A program made the position numbers and the translations under genes. The notes under the pieces were generated by a model that did not search any database, was not told the DNA's origin, and saw nothing but the letters and a program-made list of their open reading frames with translations. This document shows positions 13,112-26,333 of a stretch of 64,000 bases of DNA, one piece after another; positions within the stretch are counted from its first letter, which is position 1, and each line of letters opens with the position of its first letter. The DNA comes from Blasia pusilla (taxonomy: Eukaryota), in NCBI GenBank assembly GCA_050084515.1, contig CM114271.1, positions 29,202,001 to 29,266,000 of the forward strand, read 5' to 3'.

Positions 13112-16100
13112 ATGGATCCTGATTCCTCAAAAGTTCAGGCCTTGAAAGGCAGGAGATTTGGAACCGGGTAGGTTGAGTGGTGTCAAGACTCCTCTTCTAA
13201 CTACCAATGCTGAATGGGGTTTGATTTCTTCGGTACTTCTGATTCTTGAAGTCTACTCCAGCTGGAGCATTGGGTTTCAGATACCAAGGTTTTCTAGGGT
13301 GCCTCTTGTCCCTGATAAGCATGTCGACAAGCGTTACTGAAGGCCGGAGCTTAAGCGGCTTCTCAACTTTGGAGAGAGTCATCACACTTTTGCTCCACTC
13401 TGGTACGACAAAGTTGTTCCGCTGCAGCTAGAAACCGATTAAAAAGTAATTCGAAATTGGATCTCAGGCTCGTTCAAGTAAATGAGACGGGATGGACGCT
13501 ACCCACGAGTGTCAAGATAAACTCGTGGGTAGCGCCAAAATCTTGTGGTTGCTAATTATACTTCGGATGTCTTGACAGCCTCGGCCCTGGAAAATTTATT
13601 CGCTATTCCAGTACCTGATGAATTAGCAATGGAGACCTGGGCGGGCCTTGCTGCTGCTGATCCAGGCATATTCCTTCCTCTGCCCGGTGAATTTGGAATT
13701 GTTTCGTGCCATATACGGTTTTGTGGAATGCCCAATCTCGGCCCTCGAAGGAAAAAGTGTAGTGAATTGACGAGGGCAATTCTTAAAGAAGAACGTTGTT
13801 CACTGGCCCTTCAATTTTCTTTTTCACGTTCCCAGTCTGCCAATTGATGGTCATCGTCTGTGCAGGTGCATCCGACTGGGAGCTGAAGAATGCGGATCTA
13901 CATGTGGTTGCGGCCGGCTTACTTTTGGAGCTTAAGAGACTAAATGGTTCTCTCTTGACAGATGCACTCCACGATCGCTTCATCGCTGCTGCAGGTTTGT
14001 GTTCCGGGCTAGTTTTGACTGAGACTTGTTGCTCTTAAATATGAAGACAACGGTTTGTTGTTTCATGTGGCTGGATTGGAATTGGGCGTGGAGCTTTTGC
14101 AAGATTCTTGGATAAAGGCAGGAGGCAAGGTGTTGGCATCAGAAGATTTAAAGGGGCTCAACATGTTGGGTGTTTGCCGTTCTTGCTACAGTTGTTTAGT
14201 CCATGGCAGTGTTGCTTCCCTGCTGAGTTAGGGGCAGGCATTTTCTGTTAATCCTGCTTGCAATTGTTGCCGTTCACTCACAGCCAAGATTTGTGCAATG
14301 GGTTCTGGCTACTCTGCTTTTGCACATTTCTGACTTGATGGCGATGCCTTCAGCGATATCCAATAGGTACTCACAGATCTACGTCTTTCGGCTGCTGTTG
14401 GGGAATTTGCCGCCCATGAACTACGCAGTTCTCAAGAATCTATCTCTGCTGTTGCGATGTACCGCTTTCAGAAATGACTTCACTAAGTCAAAAGAAGTGA
14501 TTTTCACTTTTGGACGATTGATAATGAGGAAGAGAGACGACTTTGTATTTGTACATAGGTGATTCGCCAGCTCACATGCTCTGTTGAGCAACAAAGAAAG
14601 ATTCTTAGTGAGATTCCTACTTGTTTGCGGTCATCTTTCTTGTTATTATCCATCCGATCTTCATTTCTTCATAGGTGTCAATGATTATCTGCACTGAGTT
14701 GTATGGTCGTAGCCTCAGAGAGAAAGTGAAACAAGAACTCTTTTCTGGCAGGCAGTTGAGAGCAGTGGATGCTGGGACACTGTTCACTCTGGTTCTGATT
14801 GAGGAGTGGAATTATTTGTTTCAGTACGGGCGCGTCTCATTCCAGAGCTCTTTTACGAAGGTCGACTACAATCCTGTCTGTCCCTTAGGAACTGGTGAGG
14901 ACACTTTTGTACTAGACTGTCCACAATTTAGGGAATTTCACTTATCACCGTGTCCTTCTCCAGTAGATAGATACGACAGGAGTGAATCTTATTCTTGATA
15001 CGTGCACAGCCTAATTTCTCTTCCTAACCCATCGTCTGTGGACAAATTTTCCAATCTTAGTTTGTGGCATTAACACAGTGCACTGCTGTTGAAATGATTC
15101 ACATGGAACGCAAGAAGTTTCTTCAATAGAAAAGCAGCTCGTGGATGGCTGTGCTGTCTTGTTCCTAAGAATTGTACATTTCTAGGAAGAATGTATTTGT
15201 TGGATTCTTACATTGATCTTCTCATCACAGACAGTGCTGTGACAGACAGGTTTGCTCAAGAGTTCAGAGTCTGGGTGTTCAAATGCCGATCATATCTTGA
15301 ACTCAGGCAAGATTTGTAAAGTGGCGAAGGTTCCTTGGGGATTCCAAAGAACCTTCCAACACGACATGAACGAAGGTTCTGAAAATCATTTTGAATACAA
15401 TAGGTCAGTTCATCCAACCAATGAGTGGGAGTGGATCCGAAAATGTTGTTATTTTAATGCTCAACCTAGATTTGAGATAACACAGATGCATTTGATTGAG
15501 TGTTGCATAATCAAGGGGAGATGCAATGTAATTGCTTTGTTATTATAGAACTTAATATGAAAATTTTATGCCTTACATGCGTTGGAGAAGATGTTAAATG
15601 TTCTACTTGTGGGGTTGAACATCAAGATATCGTTGCACTGTACCCTCTGCCTTGACCATGAAGCTAAAAAGGAGCAATTCATGGCAGGCAGATTTCAGAA
15701 TGAAGCGTTTGAAAGTGAAATTTCGAAAGTGGGAGCACCTACTATGGCAACTGAGACAAATTCGTGCATCACAGGCTGTTTACCAGCACTCTCATACAAA
15801 GGTACCTCTATTTTTTTCACCTCAAAAGCAAATTGCTCTCCACAATGTATTGAATCTCAAAAGCACATCAAATGTAGGCGAGAATTAGTAGAATAAAATA
15901 ATGGGCCATTTCGTCAACTCTCAGGATTTGGTCTCTCCATGACCCATGGACCAACCTTTAAGGCGTTTAGTATAGAGCAACCCCCTTGATTTCTGCTCCA
16001 TTACTGCAGACCCAGAAGAACAATTGGATAAGAAAGAGCAGGAAATCAGCTGCTATGGACCAAGCTACTGGAAGCACTGGTTTGAAGAGAGTGATCTAAA

Positions 16101-19100
16101 GTTCTGCAAGAATATCTTGAAGTATGCTCTGTCAAGAAGACGTACAAAGCAGACAAATTCATCAGCAGATGGGGTCAAGGGGGCCGAATTTGAGAATGGG
16201 TGGGAGGAGGGGAAAAAGAGCCATCAAAAGGTTGATTTAGGTCCTCATGAAAGATTAAAAGTTCCAGAGGGGAAGTTAAAAGGAGTCCTCAACCAAGATG
16301 ATGGTTCTTTACCCTTACCTAGTCAAGCTACTGATTCGGTTTGTAGGCAAGATAATAGATCCTTGTGCAGTGGAAGAAAGGATTACAAGGCTTATGTATC
16401 TGCTGAAAAGAGTTCCAGGGCTCTAGAAGAATTTTATAAGACAGAACGTGTCCATTTCTCTCACTGTGGTTTTCCACATTCTTGTATCAGCCAAGGCACC
16501 AGTAAAGGTGGATTGGAGAGCATTAAAATCTATGGCAGAAGTGAGGATGCCAAGATTGCAAGTGGGATTGCCATGAGCTCCGAAACTGCTAAGCTAAGCC
16601 GCAAAAGGGAAGATTCACACCTGGGTTCCAGTAGTAGCACAGCTGGATGGAAAGAAAGCAGAGGCTCGATATTAGGAACAGTTGACAGGGAGGCTTCGTG
16701 CACTGATAAGAGCCCTGTAGATGGCTTAAGGTCCAACTCGGAAGAGATAAATTTCAGTGGTAGTACCTCTTCGTTTGCATATTTGATTGGGGATTCTAAA
16801 ACTTCTGGGTGGACAAAGGGAAGACCCTTGGATAATGGTGGAGAGTCTTTGAGAAGTGATTTCTGTGATGAAAAAAGCTCTGTGATCGCAAAGTTAAGCT
16901 CTCAAATAAGAGAACTCATTTTGGCTCGAAGTGGCCTCTCACAATCATCCCATCGTGAAGATAACAGTACGAATGACATGCAACATGTTTCATGTTTGGA
17001 GAAGGGAGCAGAAAATACGAAGACTAATTTATCTACCCAGAGTAACTCAGACATTGGCAGAGCAAATTTCAGAACAGGAAGGTCTTTTTCTTCCCAAACC
17101 AACTGCTCGTGGACACAACAGAGGCGAGGTTGTGAACAGGGATATAATGAAGGTAGTCTAGAAGATTTGACACCTAAAGTTGTGGATGGTGACGTGCTAT
17201 TAAGTGACCTCATGTCTCCTTTCAGCGTGTCTTCCGAAGCTCAGAATTGCAACATCGATACTCCTGAGTTTCCATGTAAGTCAAAGGAAGAGAATAAATG
17301 CTCACAGGTGCCAGATGGGCTATCCAGCCTTTCACCAGATCGTCAGAGCACGTTGCAGACTTCAGTGGATGATGTACTGGCTTGCACAGAGGTCACAAAG
17401 CCAGTGGAAGACGCAACACTATATCAAGAAAAGTTTCAGACGGATAGTGGGGAGACATTTACCAGAGACTTGGCGGCGAGAAAAGATGATTTGAGCAAAG
17501 AGGTGATGCAAGGGTCCGCTATCAGTATATCATCTTCCCCTGTGAAAATAGGAAATGAGCAAGACTCTTCAAACAGACTACCTCAAAAATTATATATTCA
17601 ACAACAGAATTTGGTGAGCTTATGTGATCAAGTTACAATTACTGCAAGGGTGCAACAGAGGGATGGAAGCAGGGTGCCTTATAATGCTGAGAATAACAGA
17701 GGGTTGCAATTGCTGCTTGCTCGCAATGAGCTGGGGACCAGCAGAGGTTTCCCCGTTGAACCCAGGCCTGGAACATGCTTACTACGAGTTTTTGCAAGTG
17801 CTAACGCAGAGAAGAGCATGCTTGATAGTCAAGTTGACTCCAGCCATTCGTCTACACACCATGTGAATCAAACTATGGCTGAGGTGCCCTTGGATGGTGA
17901 TAGTGTGAAGGCTTCTCTTTGTAAATCTGTGCAGGATATGTCTACTCCTGCTGTTCATTGTGAGGTTGCTTGTGTCTCCTCTTCTGTAGCATCATCTACA
18001 ATTCAATGTATCCACAGGGATACTCTCCTGCAAGCAAGTTCGTTACCCTGTGCAAATAACGAGAAAGGCGAGCTGAATGTCCCTCCAAACGATCACATAC
18101 GAGTCTGCTCGTCATCCAATCAATTAGCAGAAAGTACGAGTATGATATCTCACCCTTGTGCAAATAGTATGGAAACGTCCCTTGTAGGACCCGGACATAT
18201 ACCCGGTAATGTGCCTGGTCGAGAAATCACTGTGAAATCCAGTAGCCTTTGCCCAGTGATAGGTAATACTACTGAGTCGATCACTTTTTCCAGCGCTAAC
18301 ACAGTCCCTCATTGCATACTTCCTAACTCACTTTTCCAACCAACCCCAGGCCTACCCAATTCTTCTATCCCTCCCTCCCTCCATACCCATCCTCCACTGA
18401 AAGCATCTCCTCCAGCTCCACCTACACCTATGTCACAACCACATTCCCCTTGTCCGCTTCCGCCTCCTCCTCCTCCTCCGCCTCCGCCTCCCCCCTCCCC
18501 CTCCCCCTCCACTCTCAGCTCCACCACCGCTAAAGATGGTAGGAGTTTCTCCTCCTCCTCCTCCTCCTCCTCCAGGCTTGGGAGGAGATTCGTTAGCCAT
18601 CCACGGTAAAAGACCCAAAATGAAACAGCTTGTCTGGGATAAAATTTCTGGTGCCACAGCTGATCAGACTGTTTGGAAAACTGCAACTCTGAGCTCGGTC
18701 AAGATGGACCTTGAGGAGCTCGAATCGTTATTTGCTGTCAATGATGTGAACCCCACTGGCAGCCACTCGAAGGTGATTACTATTTCGGACTGTCACACCA
18801 TTATTTCTCCATGCTTATAAATGACGATTGCTACTACACACAAAATATCTCTTTTATGGCTATTTGTGTAACCAAAACATGTTATGATTGAGCCAGTACT
18901 GCGCAGAACTTTCTGTCCAAGATGTTTCTTTGCATAATAACAGTACCCGGTAAGACTCGGAGTGCTCCGTACTGGGGAAGTTGAAAAAGAGTAAACAATG
19001 AAGTTGATGAATGGTCGCATGTCTAACCAGAGTCGTGTTAACCGAACTGTTACATGTTCAAGTTTGTTGTTTTAAGTGGAGTTATCCTCGGTAAGTTTTG

Positions 19101-21967
19101 GGTACCTGGGGTTAGCTGGGTGATGCTACGAGCTGGTGTTCCTACAAGTTTGATTTCTGTGTGTGCAGCAGCACATATGAACCTTAAAGTCAAGCTATTT
19201 TCCCATCCTGGTCTTTTAATGAAGGTCCATGAGATAAAAAACAAGACCTGAATGAATAAAAGGAGATGAGGGAACTCATTGGAAGTACTTAACAGGGGAC
19301 TCGAATAGTTGGGAACACCAGGGCCACAGACGGCCCGTGGCAAAGGGAAATGGGGAGCTCCCCATGAGAAGAGTTTTGTTAGTAAACTGATACTACTATC
19401 AGAGTCTTCCACAACAGTATCGATGTCTTTTGCTTCATTCAGAGCTAGTTTCTCAACAGCTCTCAGGAGCAGGACATTTCTCAAGTAGCACTCGTTGCAG
19501 ATGGAATCTCTTTGTGATCCCCTTCCTGATTATTTCTATTCCATAAGAACTTTATCTTTTCAAACGCCAGATACTGACGAATCTCCTGACCAACAATGAT
19601 AAAGCTTTCAGTCAAATCCCATTCTCCATCGAGAACTGCCTACCGATCCTTTTTTGTTTCCAGGATTTGTCAGGTCGCAAGAAGAAAGTACAAGGTGTGC
19701 AAGTTCTGGATCTGAAAAGAGCACACAACATTGGAATTCAGTTGAGAAGTGTTCGTAAGCCTGTTCCAGAACTGTGCCAGGCTCTTCGGGACAAGGATGA
19801 GAGTGTGCTAACTATGGAAGTGCTTAATGTTATGCTGAACACTCTTCCCACTGAAGAGGATATGACGCTTATTAAAGCATATGCTGGAGATCCGTCTGAG
19901 CTTGCAGAGGTTGAAAAGTAAGCCCATTCTGATGTTCCAAGGGCTGGAACCTTCGTGAATTGTTCCCTTAAGCAGGAAAAATGTTGTTCGAGGACCCCTC
20001 TGAATTTTCACTCAGCTTTCGATAGCTTGTAGGCTCCTGAGTTGCCCTCGGTCTTCGGGTTGTCTATCTGTTTGGTGAGAAAGATCATGTTAATGCTATG
20101 TCTCACCAAATTTGGTCCGTCGGTTGATGCTTACTGCCCTATTCTCAAGTTATGGTCTTTCCAAGAAGATTTTCGATTCGTGAAATTCATTGGAATAACT
20201 GGTTTAGAAAATTTCTTATTTTCACCAATCGTTGTAAGTCCTCACTTTGTACTTGAACGTCAGTAACTATACACTGTCAAGGGAGTGCATCTTGGAGTCC
20301 TTATTTACCTTCTGAAAATATTTTCCGGCATATATCAAACACCCATCCTAAGGAATAAGTATTTCCTGTCACCAAAAATCATATCTACGCTATTGAACTG
20401 CCAATTTTATGCTGACTTTATCACTTGAGTAGGTACTATTTGGAGCTCACGAGTATTTCCAGACATGAAAAGCTCATTAAGGCTTTCATTTTTAAAGGAC
20501 AGTACGCCCTTACCTTCCAACAAGTGAGATTTTTTTCTTCTTCCCAGGCTCTAAATGTCATAGAACCCGTCTGTACTTTGATAAATGAATGGTGGAACTG
20601 ACCATCATTGGCCGTTCCTCCTTAAAGCTTAAATTTTTTTTTCTACCATCACAAATCAAAACGGTATGTACTTTCTCAATTTACAAGTTTTACCCATGGT
20701 GACTGAGTAGTTGATGCATTTTCCCTGGAGTGATTTACTCTTTGCAGGTGCAACAAGATTTAAAGCTGCTCGAGCAAGCTTGTGATCAACTGAAGGCCAG
20801 TCAAAGCTTTATGAAAATACTGGAGATGGTCCTTGCAGTGGGCAATCATTTGAATGGTGGTAGCTTTCGTGGCGCGGCTAGAGGTTTCAAGCTTGGTGCT
20901 TTACTGAAGCTTATGGATGTCAAAAGCTGCAACAGGAAAACCACCCTTCTTCATTTTGTGGTGGCAGAACTACTCAGAACAGATCAGAAGGTTTGCCTAA
21001 TCAGGATAGTTCCAACCGTTTCTTAGAATGCTTGCGAGTCTGTGTGAATTTTTTTTGGCGATCCAGATGAAGGTGTAACAGTATATTACTGGAAGGCTGA
21101 GCACGTGAGATGCTAATATTCTTGTGACTTAAGACTCTCTCACTCGTAAATGTGAAGGTGGGGAAGCTTGGTGAAGAATTGAAGCTGGTAAAATCAGCAG
21201 CTAACTTGAGCTTGGAGCGAATGAAGTTTGGCCTGAGAGAGTTGGAGGTGGGGGTGGAGCTTATAAAGTCGGAGGTTGCTCATTCTCAGGGGTTAGCAGC
21301 TAAGGAGAATCTCGACGAGAAGCAGCAGCTGCTGCTGCTGATGCCTTTCCATGAAAAATCAGAATCAGAAGTGAATTTGCTCCGAGGTTTATACGACACG
21401 ACTCTGACCAAATTGAAAGACCTGGCAGTCTACTTTGGCGAGACCTTGAAAGAGGACAGGTTGATCGAACTCTTCCGAACAACGCGTGAATTCCTCTTCA
21501 TGTTTGACCAGGTGAGCTCTGAACTCAAAGAGGCGAAGCGACGTGAAGACGCAACAGCCAGCAAAAGAGCACAGCCCTTTACCTGTTCCAGTTTCTCCTG
21601 TCCAGTCTCTCCAGCAAAGGGCTCCCATTCGGCGGTAGCCTTGACAAAGGAATGTCCTACTGTATTTAATCTGGTTCCACATGAGGATGGGCAAGCCAAG
21701 CAGGTGGACTTGGGAGTAAGTTCTCTTCTGAAGAAAACCCAATCTTTCCCTTTTTTCCGAACTGAACAATTGCAGTTGCCTGACAACGGAAAAGAGAAGG
21801 AAGATTTGGGCTTGCTCCCAACTCTGCAGAACTCCACGTCTTGTCTCAGAGAAATTCCTAGAAGCAACGTAGTCACCAATCCCCTCTGGAATGACAATAT
21901 GGCTGACAGACCAGATCCTTTTTCTACTCAAAGTGCCTGTTACGACTCTGATTGGTCCACTGGATGA
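13112..21967 (+). CDS. For3: Class III formin (N-terminal RhoGAP-like domain, long Ser-rich linker, FH1 polyproline, FH2), multi-exon
   Basis: A phase-consistent GT-AG model gives exons 13112-13167, 13281-13402, 13579-13686, 13866-13994, 14354-14558, 14713-14894, 16010-18772, 19664-19917, 20433-20523, 20748-20990 and 21158-21967. FH2 motifs: MKQLVWDKI, MDLEELESLF, VLDLKRAHNIGIQL, LAVGNHLNGGSFRGAARGFKL, KTTLLHFVV. The model needs correction of one extra C at ~18490-18495. The first exon and possible extra exons in 14900-16000 are less certain. The symbol follows the Physcomitrium class III formin. Confidence 0.88.
13281..14894 (+). CDS. RhoGAP-like domain exons of the formin
   Basis: FLGCLLSLI...LERVITLL, ENLFAIP, DLHVVAAGLLLELKRL..SLLT..LHDRFIAAA, LLLGNLPPMNYAVLKNL and LIEEWNYLF occur in the order of the RhoGAP consensus. 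Confidence 0.8.
18400..18580 (+). repeat. FH1 polyproline-encoding (CCT/CCC/CCG)n tracts
   Basis: Runs of CCT/CCG codons giving PPPPPPPPPPP and PPPPPPPP immediately before FH2. Confidence 0.9.
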
Positions 21968-24239
21968 CCCAGCCAACTCAACCGCGTTGCTTATGTTCGT
22001 TTCCTGATTGTTTGCTTGCAGCAGCGCATGATCTGTGTATCTCATATGTTGTGTTCACCCTATCTCATGTCTTTTCGAACTACAACCATTTGTGCCATAG
22101 CTATCTATACTATTATCAGAGGTCGAAACTTTCCAAACCTCGACACCTATCATCCTTGACCAACCCAAATTTGTCACATGCCCCCGGCTTTGTAGCTGGA
22201 ATGATTATTAATTAGCACTCGCCCCTATAGCATGGGCAATGCATCCCAAGTTTTCCATGGTCGGAAGGGCATCTAGTTGTACTAATTCATATCCCATGGA
22301 GGTTAGTTCACACATGTACACCTTCATTGCCCCTTTACATGACAATAGATGGATTCCCCTAATTGGCTGAATCTGAAGCATAGGTAGTATCCTGGTTTTG
22401 TGATTTTGTTTTGAATGTATTTGATAAATAGTGGAAAAGCGGATGGGATCATCCCCAACTCGGAAACACACCAATAAGCTCCAGCACTAGTGGGCCGATT
22501 GGTTAAGACTCTCTATGAAGGTCTAGGATTTGTCATGGAAAAGAAATGAGCTAAATCTACTGAAAATCTAATGTAAACCTTAGTGGCTTCCCAAATGGAT
22601 TGGAGGATTGATTGCAATGGATCTTACGGTTATGCAATGGTTGGGTGCAGGGTTTAGGGAGATTTTTTTGAATTACCAGATTATTACTGAGATTTTGTAG
22701 TTATTAGGTCTTTTTTAACAGATACCCGCCATGAATGGCCATTTTAATATTTGTATAATATTTTTGGTATTTTTCAATGGTCATCAGCGAGAATCCAAAA
22801 ATTTAAAAAATCGCCCCCGCCAGATCTTTTAAAAAACTTTCCAATGAGTTTCCGAGTGTTTGAAGACTCCTGCCAAAAACCAATGGCGTAAAATTTCACT
22901 GGATTATTTGGTGCTTTCGCTTGTTCTCTTTCCCATTTTATGACTCTTCAATAGAAACTAGTCTCCTATTCACTCACTCCACAATTGAAACATGTATCCA
23001 ATGTGGAAGGGAGTTCACTTTGCTCCATTTTCTAAAACCTATTGTCAATTAAGTCTCACATCACATGAAATTCTATAAATTTCCACATCCCAGAGGCTAT
23101 GATATCCTTGGCACGAGTTGATCCTTGCAACCTTCCAACCATTTGGGAACCAAGTATCCTCTCCCCCTCTATAATACTTGGAGCCCCAAAACTCCAAGTA
23201 TTCTTAAAGGGCCCTACTGCACCAAAAAATCAAAATTTAAAGTATCAAAATTTATAGATATTTGAGTGTTGTCTACTTCTAAATGTGTGACAAATATCTA
23301 TGGGGAATAGCAAATATATATCTAAAATAATTACAAATTTTCCACAACACCATAGACTTTGAAAACAAATCCTCATAGTTAGAGGAAGGTCCTTCAAAGG
23401 CAATCCTCAAAATATTTAAATATTTTTTCGTCAACCTATAACAAGATTTTCTTTTGATTATATTCTTAATGGAGAATGTTCTCTCACATTATGGTAGTAC
23501 TTGCACATTGGACTCTAGCAATATTTGCTAAAATCATCAAGTTCGAAAACTAACACTGTAGAGAGGGATTCCAACTTACCATAGCCTAAAGGTATTTAAA
23601 GTTATGATCCTTTCACTATGTGGTAGCCATCAACTCATCGGACTGAAACTGAAAAATAGGAGAATTAATCAAAGCAAGATCTTACTCTTTAGGGCTATCT
23701 CGAAATTAACAATGCTCCCTATAGTGCTAACACCCACAAATTTGTATTAGAAAATCTTGCTCAAATTTGCAAGCATGGAAAGAATATCAACCAGAAAATA
23801 CAATTGATATATAATTTGGAATGATCTTAACTTGTTAAATAAATTAGAAGCATTCCCATGATCCTCCAAAGAGGAAATCTCCCTAAAATAACTCAACAAT
23901 GATTTCAGGGAATCACACAATGTGGAAACAACTTGCCAACGAGATAACCATTGTATTTTATGGTATCTCTTTATGACTCTTTGGGAGTCATTGAACTTTT
24001 CTTACAATGATGTTAGAATTTTTTTCCTCTTGGAGGACCTCCTGAAGTAACCAACTACAACATTCAGAATTGAATCTACTTCGTTAGAGATTTCCTTGCA
24101 ATCAATAGCTTTCGCAACAAACAAAGCTGTTAGATTTTTCCTAAGAGCAACAAACCGAATAGATAGAATATAGGCAGAGATTGGAAATTTTCAAAAATGG
24201 CATAGCCTCCTTTGTGAGGAAGTATGCACACTTAAACAA

Positions 24240-24647
24240 CTAGTAAGGTACCAGTGTGATGCACGAGTAAATAAAAAAGTGTTTGAAGAGCTAGTGTATA
24301 ACCCGTGAAGGGAAGAGATTAATGATGTTGCACATAAATTCAATTTTTTTCTTGTTGCCCGTAGGAGCCCTGTTGCCACATGTCAAGCAGAGAGGTATTT
24401 GGAAATCAAGAAGACACTCTCCCATAATAATATAGATAAGGTGCCCGTGCGATGCACGAGAAATAAAAAAGTGTTTGAAGAGCTAGTGTATAGCCGGTGA
24501 AAGGAAGGATTAATGATGCTCCACAAAAATTCAAATTTTTTTCTTGTTGCCCGTAGCATGTGAAACATTTTCTTGCTGCCCAATTGCCACATGTTAAGCA
24601 CAGAGGTGTTTGCAAATCAAGAATGCACTCTCCCATAATAATATAGA
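24240..24647 (-). mobile_element. Non-autonomous Helitron, head-to-tail dimer of ~200-bp units
   Basis: The minus strand starts TCTATATTATTAT and ends with a GTGCATC(A/G)CAC hairpin followed by CTAG. It is inserted between A and T with no TSD. Removing it restores collinearity with the younger hAT transposase. Units are 24240-24436 and 24437-24647. Confidence 0.8.
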
Positions 24648-25499
24648 TGTTCGAAGGGCTACTTCACAAGTTCAAGTTTTTGTTGTAATGGCCTTGGCCA
24701 TTGACTTCTTACCTCTATTTGTAGCCCATGAGAGCTTGATATGCTCACTCGACTTGTCTTGCAATTGGTTAGTGAATACACAGACTTTGCAAGTAATTGC
24801 TCAATCTTCAACAAAAGCACTCTTTCCCTTTCCCTTCATACATACTTTAAAAAAAATTTCTATCAAGGATTGAATCATAGTCAATCCAATCATACGTATA
24901 CATTGAGTACCACACATTCTTCCAAGCTATGCAATCTTTTTCAAGTAAAGCTCCACTACTTCCTATTGTAGGTTGGTCATCCGTGTCATCAAATAAACCA
25001 AAAAATGAAATAATATTTGGCCCATCATTTTGAATCGAACTCCAATTCTCCTGGTCACTTTCTCATTGAAGTGCTTTCTTCATTTCACTTTGTTGTGAGG
25101 TCGCTGTCTGCACGGGGCAATATCAATGGGATGGGCCCCTTCTTCACTGCACACTTTGAGTGTCAGTTCCACACAATTCCAAGTGCTATTTTGCTTCGGA
25201 AACCAATCGATCACTTCACGACACTTGTGAGCGAGTATATATGCAGCCTCTGTTGTAGTAAGGCGCTGATGCAACAAACTCACTCACGGAAACCATCTAA
25301 TCATCTTTTGTCTCTTGGACATATGTGATCCCAATGAACTAGATCCGAATATGAATCAAATACTGTCTAAATGAGGGCTAGATCAAAACAATATTTAAAA
25401 AATATACACTAGTCTATGGAAGCAACTTCTCATAAAGGCTTTTGCAAAGTGACCAAGGCTGTAGATAGTTTGGCAAACAGGGCTATGGATCCAACAACC

Positions 25500-25813
25500 T
25501 ATTGAAGATTGAGTTACAGTCAAGCTCATGAGACACTTGAACTAGTACATTTGGTACTCACACGAAGTAGGGAAGCTTAATCTTGGTTAGTCAGTTAAGC
25601 ACGATTATTTTAACTAGGGTTAGTTAATCATAGTTAATCTAACTCAAGACTATGGTTAAGGGTAGAGTTAGGGTTGCTTGTACATACCCTATATAATTGA
25701 GAAGAGGACTAGCCTCCACTCAATTTCTCTCATTGCAAATTTTGTTCTCCATGATGGTGTGTGTGTGTGAGAGCCGTTTTCCACCAGTTATGCTTGTCTA
25801 GCAGTTTTCCACA
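25500..25813 (+). repeat. 5' LTR of copia element
   Basis: Direct repeat of 30523-30836; begins TATTGA, ends TTCCACA, followed by the PBS. Confidence 0.93.
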
Positions 25814-26333
25814 TGATATCAAAGCAAGAGGAGAACATCACTTGAAATTCTTGGTGTTTGAAGAGAGAAGAGAGGCAAGAGAAGGCACAATTTCAGTTTG
25901 GAAGAAGGAAATTTTATTCAGAACTCATTGGGTGCACATTTCAGCTAGAGCTTTGACGATGATAAAACTTTGGAGGCATTTTTGAGGGCTTTCCCGGTTG
26001 ATTCAGTCGTCTCGGTCCACTTTGGCTAGAATGATGCCAAATTTTGGTTTTAGCCATCTTGTAGAGCTCGCCGAGATTTTTCTAGCGCACCCAAAATTGC
26101 TCAATTTTGACACAAAATTAAGCTTCTGCAGTAGCAATTTTAGTGTAGGAAAGTGTAATTAGTGAAGAAAAGTTGTGTAGTTTGCTCTCTACACGCCAAT
26201 TTTGACTAGTTCTTTCATATGGTTGATAAATTTTGGCAAATTTCAGGTCGATTTATATGTAGGAGTGGTCTATGCTTCAATTGGAGCAGTAGAAAGTTTG
26301 AAATTACGTTTTTGTGAGTGAAATCGTTTATCA

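Noticed and set aside
16024-18609. 861-aa ORF as a standalone gene
   Set aside because: It is the large internal exon of the formin (acceptor at 16009); its end is produced by the C-run frameshift.
21389-22045. Minus-strand ORFs of 218 and 155 aa
   Set aside because: Antisense shadows of the formin last exon with no motifs.
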